20,000 nt of DNA, taken from the IMG/VR virus record IMGVR_UViG_3300005683_000013, one strand, 5' to 3'. Positions 8,945 through 16,141 of this stretch are shown piece after piece. The first letter of the stretch is position 1. Every line of letters begins with the position of its first letter. Source of the stretch: an uncultured virus (IMG/VR IMGVR_UViG_3300005683_000013) (lineage: Duplodnaviria; Heunggongvirae; Uroviricota; Caudoviricetes). The position numbers and the translations under genes were made by a program. The notes below the pieces were generated by a model that did no database searches, was not told the DNA's origin, and was given only the letters and a program-made list of their open reading frames with translations.

Positions 8945-9958
8945 TCAGAAAAAACTTCCAGGATCAGAAATGACGTAATCACCCGTCCCGGGCCTTATCA
9001 TGATATTGTCAGAATGCAAATCATTCCAATTAAAATTGTGATTCTTGCTTAGGAATTGTAACGTTTTCATCAAGTCTTTCATTTGATCGTCTTCAACCAC
9101 GGAGTCAAATGTTGTCATGTCATCTTGTGAAGACATTGGCATCACTAAACTATTCAAAGCGTTACTAATTTTGCCTTGAAAAGTTCCCTCTGCGTATTGC
9201 CATTCTTCTAGTGATACACTATTAGGCAGTTTTTTACCAAATTGTTGCATCGCAGTACGTATTTGTTGAACAAACTGATCAATTAATTTTGAGTATTGTT
9301 GAAACGATGAATCGTTTGAACCTGTAGTTGTTAGTGATTTCTCCATCGTCGATAATGACTTCACAACCATCTGATAAAGTTCAGTAAACATCTGTGGTTC
9401 TAGTTTAATTTTTGATTCTTTTAACGAAAAAATCAACAGTTTTTTGAGTGAATCAGAACCATGAACAAATGATTTTAGTCTGTTTTTTATCATGTAAACG
9501 GTGTCAGACATCTCAACTGGTGACCACAAACTCTGAGCAATACTCTTTGGTAATGGCAACAAATACTCCACAAGAACACAATCTTGATAAAACCCAACAT
9601 CATCATATAATTCTTCTGTGATTTTATAAAACTTATACACTGACAAAATGTTTTTAGCAAATTCTTTAGGAAGTTCTTCTTTAAATCCTTTTATCTTTTG
9701 ATAAACTTCAACTTCATGTTCTGGAATGAATTTTGCAACATATCTTTTTCCACTGATTTCGACTTCATATGCAACGGCGTTCGCTCCATTACCAAGTTTT
9801 GAGCCTTTCTTACCAGACGGAATTGGGTTTAAATTTTGATTGACAAGCCATTTTTCAAAAGGATCAGAAGATTTTGATGCCCATTTTTTTAAAACATCAG
9901 AATCTTCTCGTAGTGATTCTCGTAAAACTGTACGTAATTGTTTGACTGTCAATCTCAT
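8945..9958 (-). CDS. Protein kinase-like (Ser/Thr kinase fold) protein with LRES-type N-terminal leader
   Basis: Gly-rich loop LGNGANAVAY, VAK lysine, E in helix C, catalytic DLHSDNIM and metal-binding ISDPG. Start moved to ATG 9958 (MRLTVKQLRTVLRESLRED). Confidence 0.8.
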   Translation of the reverse strand: MRLTVKQLRTVLRESLREDSDVLKKWASKSSDPFEKWLVNQNLNPIPSGKKGSKLGNGANAVAYEVEISGKRYVAKFIPEHEVEVYQKIKGFKEELPKEFAKNILSVYKFYKITEELYDDVGFYQDCVLVEYLLPLPKSIAQSLWSPVEMSDTVYMIKNRLKSFVHGSDSLKKLLIFSLKESKIKLEPQMFTELYQMVVKSLSTMEKSLTTTGSNDSSFQQYSKLIDQFVQQIRTAMQQFGKKLPNSVSLEEWQYAEGTFQGKISNALNSLVMPMSSQDDMTTFDSVVEDDQMKDLMKTLQFLSKNHNFNWNDLHSDNIMIRPGTGDYVISDPGSFF

Positions 9959-9963
9959 GCACT

Positions 9964-9970
9964 TAAATAT
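9964..9970 (-). promoter_or_regulatory. Putative late promoter motif ATATTTA, 5 nt before the kinase ATG
   Basis: Same motif and spacing as at 813 and 14260. Confidence 0.55.
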
Positions 9971-9971
9971 C

Positions 9972-10002
9972 AATGTGCATGAACAACAAGCTCATGCACA
10001 TT
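9972..10002 (-). terminator. Stem-loop after dUTPase, possible terminator
   Basis: AATGTGCATGA/TCATGCACATT 11-bp stem, extended on the minus strand by G-U and C-G pairs. It lies 15 nt after the dut stop. Confidence 0.5.
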
Positions 10003-10017
10003 TGACAATCTTACGTC

Positions 10018-10524
10018 TTAGATTCCAGTGGAACCAAAACCGTTTGACCCTCGAGTTGATTCTGATGTTTCAGATACCTCAATCAGTTTTACGTTCAAAT
10101 GAGCGCTTACTGTTGCTAAAGTGTAATAACACACTAATTGTGCAATTCTAGAACCACGCTTGTACGAGATTGTAGAATCAGTGCTGTTATATAACACCAC
10201 GATAATTTCACCTCTGTATCTAGGATCTAAAATGCCGCCGACTGGAAATACGCCATTTGCTGCCATTCCAGAGCGACCTTCAATCTTCATAAAAGGAACG
10301 GCAGAAATCCTATTATCAATTATCAACGGTTCTATGCTTTCAGCAAACATCAAACCGGTGCTAACTTTCGCTGTCTTTCCAGGCAACAGCGTCACATCTT
10401 CAACACAAGATAGGTCAAAGCCAACATCGCCAGCTGCTTGAATAGGCAGGACCGCGCTCTCGTGACACTTCTTCACCGGTATTAGAATATTACTGTACTT
10501 TAGCAAAACATTCCCTCCAATCAT
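10018..10524 (-). CDS. dut: Trimeric dUTPase
   Basis: All five motifs are present: VGFDL, GRSGMA, GILDPRYRGEI, IAQLV and RGSNGFGSTG. The exact start is uncertain; a TTG after GGAGGG is an alternative. Confidence 0.92.
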   Translation of the reverse strand: MIGGNVLLKYSNILIPVKKCHESAVLPIQAAGDVGFDLSCVEDVTLLPGKTAKVSTGLMFAESIEPLIIDNRISAVPFMKIEGRSGMAANGVFPVGGILDPRYRGEIIVVLYNSTDSTISYKRGSRIAQLVCYYTLATVSAHLNVKLIEVSETSESTRGSNGFGSTGI

Positions 10525-11465
10525 TCTGTGTCATCTCCTTCTTCACCTGAATCATTCAAGACTTCATCTTGTTCGCTCTTCGATGGAAGTTTGACATACG
10601 CAGCCTCCATCATGTCATCAACGTATTTTCCTAAAACAGGATCCGAAATAATGTTGCCAAAATCCTTTTTTGAGAATTTCTTGCAAACGATAACGTTTCC
10701 TGAAGAATCAGTGACTGTCAAAGATTTCCATGCGCCGCCGCCGTCAACCAATAACTTTTTTCCGTCTTTTTCAATTGGGCCATTTTTTTCACAATACATT
10801 CGTAACACATCATAAATTTCTTCATGTTCAAAAATACCACGACCAAAATGAATTTGAAATTCAACTTTACGAAGAGGTGGAGCGACTTTGTTTTTCACTG
10901 TTTTAGCAGCGACATTGATGCCGATAATGTCTCCGTCTTTGTTCTCAATTTTTGATCCACCAGTCAAAGCAAGTCGAACGCTAGCATGGAATGGAACGGC
11001 CATTCCCCCACTCGTGCATGTTGGGTCGCCGTACATTGTATTGTGTGACAAAATACCGTTTGAATAATAACAGTTTGATCCCTCGACCTCAATATCCAAT
11101 ATATCTGTTTTACTAGATGTCTTAGTAACTTTACCAGTTATCCACTTGTTCTCTTCTGACAAAAACAACAAATCTTGTTTGTCAACAGCTTCCATAGCAG
11201 GTAACCAATGTTCAATACCGTCTGATTTAACATAAAATCGATGTAACCCAGAAACTACTAATGTCTTTCTATTAACAAGATCAACGTTATATGCAATACT
11301 TTCTTGTTTTCTAACGATTTTTAGAATTTTCGACCAAACATTTACTTTGTTTGTAACGTCATATGCAAGTATCTCATACTTTAAATGACTAACATCAACA
11401 GGTGTATCATATTCTAATGTTTGATATGGAAAACCCATTTCTTCAAACAACTTTGAGATAATCAT
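10521..11465 (-). CDS. recA: RecA/UvsX recombinase, C-terminal part, preceded by a long C-intein
   Basis: After ...SHN the sequence reads TMYGDPTCTSGGMAVPFHASVRL...KTVKNKVAPPLRKVEFQIHFGRGI, continuing RecA. AAGGA RBS lies inside the endonuclease ORF. Confidence 0.9.
   Translation of the reverse strand: MIISKLFEEMGFPYQTLEYDTPVDVSHLKYEILAYDVTNKVNVWSKILKIVRKQESIAYNVDLVNRKTLVVSGLHRFYVKSDGIEHWLPAMEAVDKQDLLFLSEENKWITGKVTKTSSKTDILDIEVEGSNCYYSNGILSHNTMYGDPTCTSGGMAVPFHASVRLALTGGSKIENKDGDIIGINVAAKTVKNKVAPPLRKVEFQIHFGRGIFEHEEIYDVLRMYCEKNGPIEKDGKKLLVDGGGAWKSLTVTDSSGNVIVCKKFSKKDFGNIISDPVLGKYVDDMMEAAYVKLPSKSEQDEVLNDSGEEGDDTE
11040..11465 (-). mobile_element. Split intein C-fragment of RecA (142 aa, blocks B, F, G)
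   Basis: Block B LVVSGLHRF, block F ILDIEVEGSNCYYSNG and block G ILSHN, with +1 Thr. Confidence 0.88.
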
Positions 11466-12240
11466 TAATTTTTTCCTTTGTAGAATTCATTATAACTTCA
11501 AATGATTCCTTGATATCTTTTTCCCAAATTACCAATCTGTGATAACCTAATTGTTTTGCTTTGTCACGTTTACAAAAATCTCTTCTAATAGATTTTCTTT
11601 GCCAGTCATTAATTGGCCCATTTACATAAACTGACGGATTACAATGCCAATAATCACCATGAACTTCTATTAAGATGTTAGTATTTTTAACATGAAAATC
11701 AAAATAAAAGCTATCTACCAGAAATTGTCTTGTAATTTCAAACCCTTGATTTTCTAACCATTCACCAACTATACGTTCTGGTTTAGAAATTGTACACATA
11801 TACGCGTTTGGCAATTTTGTATTTGGCGTTATTCCGTTTTTAATTAAAATTTCTTTTATTTGTTTCCATCCACGTTGTGTTATTTTTGCTATGTCTTTAA
11901 TGTAAACGCCCTGTTGACCAAGTTCCTTTATTTTTATCAATTCTTCAGGATACAAATCAGATGGTAAAAATTTTATTTGTGGAATTTTACAATGTTCAAG
12001 TTTGAGCCTCTTATAAAGAGTTCCACCAATATTGCAAATATCACGAATCACTTTTGGATTTAAACATCCGAAACTCCACAAATACACTAATTTTTCAATT
12101 AATTCTGGAGTTTCGGATCTTTCTTTTAAAGCTTTAGAAATTGCTGATTTACGTTTTTCACTAAAAATTTGTCCAGTGTTTCCTAAAGCTATTTTTTTCT
12201 TTGTTTCTTCTGAATGTTTTTTGCGAGTTCTCTTACCCAT
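11443..12240 (-). CDS. Free-standing homing endonuclease, Vsr-like/EDxHD type, with NUMOD3 repeats and HTH-like segments
   Basis: KHSEETKKKI and FSEKRKSAIS (NUMOD3-like), IKDIAKITQRGWKQIKEIL (HTH-like), and SKPE..FDF..LIEVHGDYWH..RD..K..IWEKD. Confidence 0.87.
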   Translation of the reverse strand: MGKRTRKKHSEETKKKIALGNTGQIFSEKRKSAISKALKERSETPELIEKLVYLWSFGCLNPKVIRDICNIGGTLYKRLKLEHCKIPQIKFLPSDLYPEELIKIKELGQQGVYIKDIAKITQRGWKQIKEILIKNGITPNTKLPNAYMCTISKPERIVGEWLENQGFEITRQFLVDSFYFDFHVKNTNILIEVHGDYWHCNPSVYVNGPINDWQRKSIRRDFCKRDKAKQLGYHRLVIWEKDIKESFEVIMNSTKEKINDYLKVV

Positions 12241-12245
12241 AGAAC

Positions 12246-12252
12246 TAACTAT
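12246..12252 (-). promoter_or_regulatory. ATAGTTA, variant of the putative late promoter, 5 nt before the endonuclease ATG
   Basis: One mismatch to ATATTTA with identical N5 spacing. No SD sequence. Confidence 0.4.
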
Positions 12253-12254
12253 GG

Positions 12255-13001
12255 CTAATCATCAGACTTGCGCACAGTTAGTTCAGTTTCTGGTCCTACA
12301 CAACCAATTTTCATTCTTGTCTGATTTAAGATCACCATTAAAATGTTATTGTTACCAATGACTTGAGTGACTTTTCTCATACATTTGCTAATCACTCTTG
12401 CAGCCAGACCCATCGTTGATGTGTCATAATCACCTTCAAGCTCAGCTTTGGGAGGTGTTCCTGCAAGCGAATCCCAAATAATCGTAAATGGAATATCTTT
12501 TTTTATGGCTGAAGCTTTCGTGATCGTTGATTCAACAATTGAAAAAACATCTTCAATGCATTCTGGATCTGCATAAATAAAACGTTTTGAAACGTCAACT
12601 CCTAAAGAAGCAAGGTTCTCTGGAAGAATTGCATTTTCTGTATCAATATAAACAACAACACCACCAAGCGCTTGCGTATTTTTTGCAAATTGTGCAGCAA
12701 GATGTGATTTTCCAATTGATGGTGGTCCGAATATTTCTATGATTCTTCCTTCTGGCGCTCCACCTCCTTTCTTATTTGCAATGATATAGTCTAATTGTTT
12801 ACTTCCTGTTGAAATCCAACGTTTAATATGTGTTGGTGATGTGTCTGAACTAAGATTGTAAGCAATACGTTGTTGATGTTCTTTGTTCAATGACTTTATC
12901 AAATCTTGAACAAAATCATCTTTACTATCAAGATCCACTTCTGAGTGTTTTGTTGACTCAATCAATTCAGTTTCTGATGCAATTTTCTTTTTACTAGCCA
13001 T
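12255..13001 (-). CDS. recA: RecA/UvsX recombinase, N-terminal part, fused to a 15-aa N-intein
   Basis: ISTGSKQLD, GGAPEGRIIEIFGPPSIGKS (Walker A), YIDTENA, IIWDSLA (Walker B), ARVISKCMRK and LNQTRMKIG. AGGAG RBS. Confidence 0.93.
   Translation of the reverse strand: MASKKKIASETELIESTKHSEVDLDSKDDFVQDLIKSLNKEHQQRIAYNLSSDTSPTHIKRWISTGSKQLDYIIANKKGGGAPEGRIIEIFGPPSIGKSHLAAQFAKNTQALGGVVVYIDTENAILPENLASLGVDVSKRFIYADPECIEDVFSIVESTITKASAIKKDIPFTIIWDSLAGTPPKAELEGDYDTSTMGLAARVISKCMRKVTQVIGNNNILMVILNQTRMKIGCVGPETELTVRKSDD
12258..12302 (-). mobile_element. Very short split intein N-fragment of RecA (15 aa, block A only)
   Basis: NQTRMKIG is followed by CVGPETELTVRKSDD and a TAG stop. CxxxxTxhxh is intein block A. 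Confidence 0.82.
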
Positions 13002-13023
13002 TTACAACTTTTCTCCTAATAAA

Positions 13024-13069
13024 TGAAAACAGCAGTCATACGACTTTTGTCATACAACTGCTGTTTTCA
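13024..13069 (-). terminator. Long 21-bp RNA hairpin between ssb and recA (terminator or processing site)
   Basis: Minus strand TGAAAACAGCAGTTGTATGAC-AAAA-GTCGTATGACTGCTGTTTTCA, followed by TTTATT. It includes three G-U pairs. Confidence 0.65.
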
Positions 13070-13096
13070 GTGATTTAAAAAATCAGTAACTGAAAA

Positions 13097-14026
13097 TCAA
13101 GTATCCAGATCTTCTAGATCACCGAGAGCGTCATCTAAGGCACTGTCAATTGACTTGATTTCTTTTGTTTGTGTCTTTGGCTTTGTCTTTTTATCTTTCT
13201 CTTTCACTTGTTCTACGACTGCAGGTGTAGTATGTAGTTCATTGACGAGAGATTCAAGTTCATCAGTACTATCTGCTTTACCTTTTGTAGTTCCTTCAGA
13301 GCCTTCATTTGCTTGAGCGATTTCTTGCCCATGCAATAGAGTGTTAGGACCACCAGAATTAAGCCATTCATCAAATTGCTTTTGTACTTCTTCCGTTGTC
13401 TTGGGTGTGTAATACTCATCAACGTTAGGAAGATTATTCATCCACTTTGCAGATTTTTCAGTATCACTGCTGGCTGCACTGGGTCTTGGACGTGGAACGA
13501 TCTTTGTATCGTAAACAGTCTTACCATTGTACTTTTTTGCGCTGGCCGTGATCGAAATCTTCAAATCAAAGCCCTTTTCAAGATCAGTGATATCATTGTA
13601 ATCGTCATCAAGAAAAAACCCAAGAACAGTCGCAGCTTCATATTTTGACATGACCCACAACTGAGGACCTACGTCTTCAGCGGCACGATCAACAATTGCT
13701 GCACAAATTGCTGGCTTTGGCCAAAGCTTCTTACCGAGTGCCTTGTTTTCCTCTCCGCCTTCACGATAAAGTGCTTTGATAAAATCATCAATCGGATCTC
13801 GATCACCACGAGTCAATGGAGAAGTAATCCACGATTTTCCGATATTGTAATAAATGAGACGTTCCTTGAACGGCGTGCCCTCAGGAGCATCCTTCCAAGG
13901 GAGGATTCGAATGACATGATCACCAGGAGCTGGCTTCCAACGACGAACCTTTGACGAACTAGACGAACCTTTGACGTTGTTGTATTGATCTACTTTACGA
14001 CGAATTGCATCTAAATTAATTGCCAT
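13097..14026 (-). CDS. Single-stranded DNA-binding protein, T4 gp32-like
   Basis: WKP..G.HVIRILP, DPI, LWPK, DITDLEKGFDLKI and a long acidic C-terminal tail. Sits next to recA/uvsX. Confidence 0.75.
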   Translation of the reverse strand: MAINLDAIRRKVDQYNNVKGSSSSSKVRRWKPAPGDHVIRILPWKDAPEGTPFKERLIYYNIGKSWITSPLTRGDRDPIDDFIKALYREGGEENKALGKKLWPKPAICAAIVDRAAEDVGPQLWVMSKYEAATVLGFFLDDDYNDITDLEKGFDLKISITASAKKYNGKTVYDTKIVPRPRPSAASSDTEKSAKWMNNLPNVDEYYTPKTTEEVQKQFDEWLNSGGPNTLLHGQEIAQANEGSEGTTKGKADSTDELESLVNELHTTPAVVEQVKEKDKKTKPKTQTKEIKSIDSALDDALGDLEDLDT

Positions 14027-14089
14027 GTATTGTGATTCCGATGTTTTATTGGTTGATTTATGATAATATAAACTGATTTAATATGTTGA

Positions 14090-14254
14090 TTATTTTGATT
14101 TTCTTTGCTTACGGCGTTTTATCACTTTCGGCTCAGAAGGAATGTTAGGAGATGTTCCGAGTTTGGTATTTATCCCAACAATCGAAGAACATGTCGTGAT
14201 CTCTTGTAACTCAAGAAATTGCGTAACATACTCTTCGATCAAGTCTCTCAACAT
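14090..14254 (-). CDS. Small protein (54 aa, absent from the ORF track) with LIEEY-type leader and basic tail
   Basis: MLRDLIEEYVTQFLELQEITTCSSIVGINTKLGTSPNIPSEPKVIKRRKQRKSK*, preceded by ATATTTA-N5. It fills the HD-ssb gap on the coding strand. Confidence 0.6.
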   Translation of the reverse strand: MLRDLIEEYVTQFLELQEITTCSSIVGINTKLGTSPNIPSEPKVIKRRKQRKSK

Positions 14255-14259
14255 AATAC

Positions 14260-14266
14260 TAAATAT
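14260..14266 (-). promoter_or_regulatory. Putative late promoter motif ATATTTA, 5 nt before the ATG at 14254
   Basis: Same motif and spacing as at 813 and 9964. Confidence 0.55.
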
Positions 14267-14282
14267 TCTGATTCTTGTTTAT

Positions 14283-14879
14283 TTATCCTTTCTTTTCTTG
14301 TTCACACGCCATTCTATCAGCTTGATGAACCAATATCGCAAGCAATGGTTCTTTCATTGCATACGTCCTATTTTCTTCAACAATTGGACCATCATTTAGC
14401 AAAATTGACATATATTCGTTATATGACAACTTAATTTCAAAATGTTGCATCAAAAACAATCCCATTTGAGAAGTTGTCATGTATTTCAACAATGGATTGT
14501 AATCATACACTTGCCCTTGCTTGACTTTCCAGTCGTTTGTTTGAGCAACATATCGTTCGTTGTCGACATCACCAAGTTTTCCAATGTCATGGAAAAGACA
14601 AGACATGATCATTTCTTCTTGCGAAAAATCGACGTTTTCTTTATAAACTTGCATCAAGCGATTACAATTTTTCATCACCCGTAATGAATGATCAACTAAT
14701 CCTCCAGGAACTGCAAGATGATAATACGTTCTTGACGAAGCTGGACATAACGCCAATCGCTCCTCAAAATGAGCAAAAAACGTTTTCAACGCATCGGTTC
14801 TATGTTCTCCAGTTTTCATTGCAAACGAAACAAACTTGTTATAATTTTGTTCAATAAGTTCTGGTGTTAAATCTATCAT
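14283..14879 (-). CDS. HD-domain metal-dependent phosphohydrolase (YhaM-like HD domain)
   Basis: PASS..YHLAVPGGLVDHSL, LFHDIGK and VHQAD. Start moved from TTG 14921 to ATG 14879 (MIDLTPEL). Confidence 0.8.
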   Translation of the reverse strand: MIDLTPELIEQNYNKFVSFAMKTGEHRTDALKTFFAHFEERLALCPASSRTYYHLAVPGGLVDHSLRVMKNCNRLMQVYKENVDFSQEEMIMSCLFHDIGKLGDVDNERYVAQTNDWKVKQGQVYDYNPLLKYMTTSQMGLFLMQHFEIKLSYNEYMSILLNDGPIVEENRTYAMKEPLLAILVHQADRMACEQEKKG

Positions 14880-14917
14880 TTTCTTATTGAAGAACTTACA
14901 AACATTGCGTACGTTGT

Positions 14918-16141
14918 TCAAGAAATTTCTGAAGCTGTCATATAAAACTTATTACCAAGCTTTTCAATTTTAGAACCAACCTCCATCAAATCACCTAACA
15001 CAGACACATATGCTGGGTGAACATCCAAAACAATCGCATCATGTAGCAAAAAAAGAGGTTTGATCAACATGTTTTCAGACAATATCAAATTGATGATATT
15101 GAGATAACCCAAAAGACAAATGTCGGCAGCTGATGATTGAACGTAATAGTTTAACAACAAGTTTTGGCTGTCTGCGTGTATCACTCTTCCGTAAAGATTT
15201 CTGAACGTATTTTTATCTTTCCATTCTGACACTAACTTATTATGAAACGTTGTCATACAGAATTCTTCTTTTATTTGACATACAAACTTCTCAGTGTCAG
15301 CGTATGACATTCCTAACAATTGTCGAATCTGTTCCGTTCCAGAACCGTACAACAACATGATGACAGCGAGCTTTACGATGTCTCTTCGAACGTTACTTCC
15401 TAACTTTACTCGAATGTCTTCATAAATGTCAACGTTATCTATGACTTTTCCAACAACAGAAAGAAACGTTCTAGCCTCAAGAGCAGAATAATCAACGTAA
15501 TAAATCTTGCCACGATCATATGATGACGTAATCAAATTTCGAAACTCTTTTTTGATCGTAAGAATTTCTGGTCCAGACTTTACAGTCAACCTTCCTGTCA
15601 TAGAATTGTGACGATTATAGATGACTTTAGATGCATATCCATGTATGTCAGGTCTAAATGACATTATTGACGATTTTATTGACGCATTTTCTTCAGAATC
15701 GTACAACGTATCAAATCGTTTCACATCGATATGGGCAGGCTTCAGTGTATCGAACACTCGAGTGACCCGAGAATAAACATCAAAATAGTCAGTAGATACT
15801 GCACCCAATTGTTGATGAATATTCTTGACCATGCTCGAGACAAATCGGTGATAGGTTTGTTGTGGCAGGACGTGTTGCCATGGCACGATCTCACTCACGT
15901 TATCTTTTTTCAAGATCGTCTTAAACGAATTTAAATGTTCTGTCGGAACGTTTGCGTTCAAATCAATTCCATTTAACTTAAACAACGTTTTCAAACAACA
16001 TGATTCTGTCTCGACAGTCGAAGGATAGTAAATCCAACAATCATTAGGATAATTTGAAACCCACGTGATTGAAGTGTCTCTGACAAGAAGATGTCGAGAC
16101 GATCCTAACACGTTTCTATCAATACAAAAATGTCGAGACAC
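14918..16141 (-). CDS. Family A DNA polymerase-like protein (compact polymerase domain only)
   Basis: TGRL..GP, motif A VDYSALEAR, motif B RDIVKLAVIMLLYG, NYYVQSSAAD and motif C LLHDAIVLD. GTG start. Confidence 0.8.
   Translation of the reverse strand: MSRHFCIDRNVLGSSRHLLVRDTSITWVSNYPNDCWIYYPSTVETESCCLKTLFKLNGIDLNANVPTEHLNSFKTILKKDNVSEIVPWQHVLPQQTYHRFVSSMVKNIHQQLGAVSTDYFDVYSRVTRVFDTLKPAHIDVKRFDTLYDSEENASIKSSIMSFRPDIHGYASKVIYNRHNSMTGRLTVKSGPEILTIKKEFRNLITSSYDRGKIYYVDYSALEARTFLSVVGKVIDNVDIYEDIRVKLGSNVRRDIVKLAVIMLLYGSGTEQIRQLLGMSYADTEKFVCQIKEEFCMTTFHNKLVSEWKDKNTFRNLYGRVIHADSQNLLLNYYVQSSAADICLLGYLNIINLILSENMLIKPLFLLHDAIVLDVHPAYVSVLGDLMEVGSKIEKLGNKFYMTASEIS

Noticed and set aside
12255..12257. 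Genome-wide stop-codon reassignment (TAG or TGA) joining the split genes or explaining the exonuclease UGA
   Set aside because: Other genes are full length in code 11, and TGA and TAG end genes at expected places. The recA-N frame differs from the endonuclease frame.
13944..13976. Short direct repeat GACGAACCTTTGACG in the ssb 5' region
   Set aside because: Two copies within coding sequence with no array structure. No CRISPR array, tRNA or rRNA was seen anywhere in the window.
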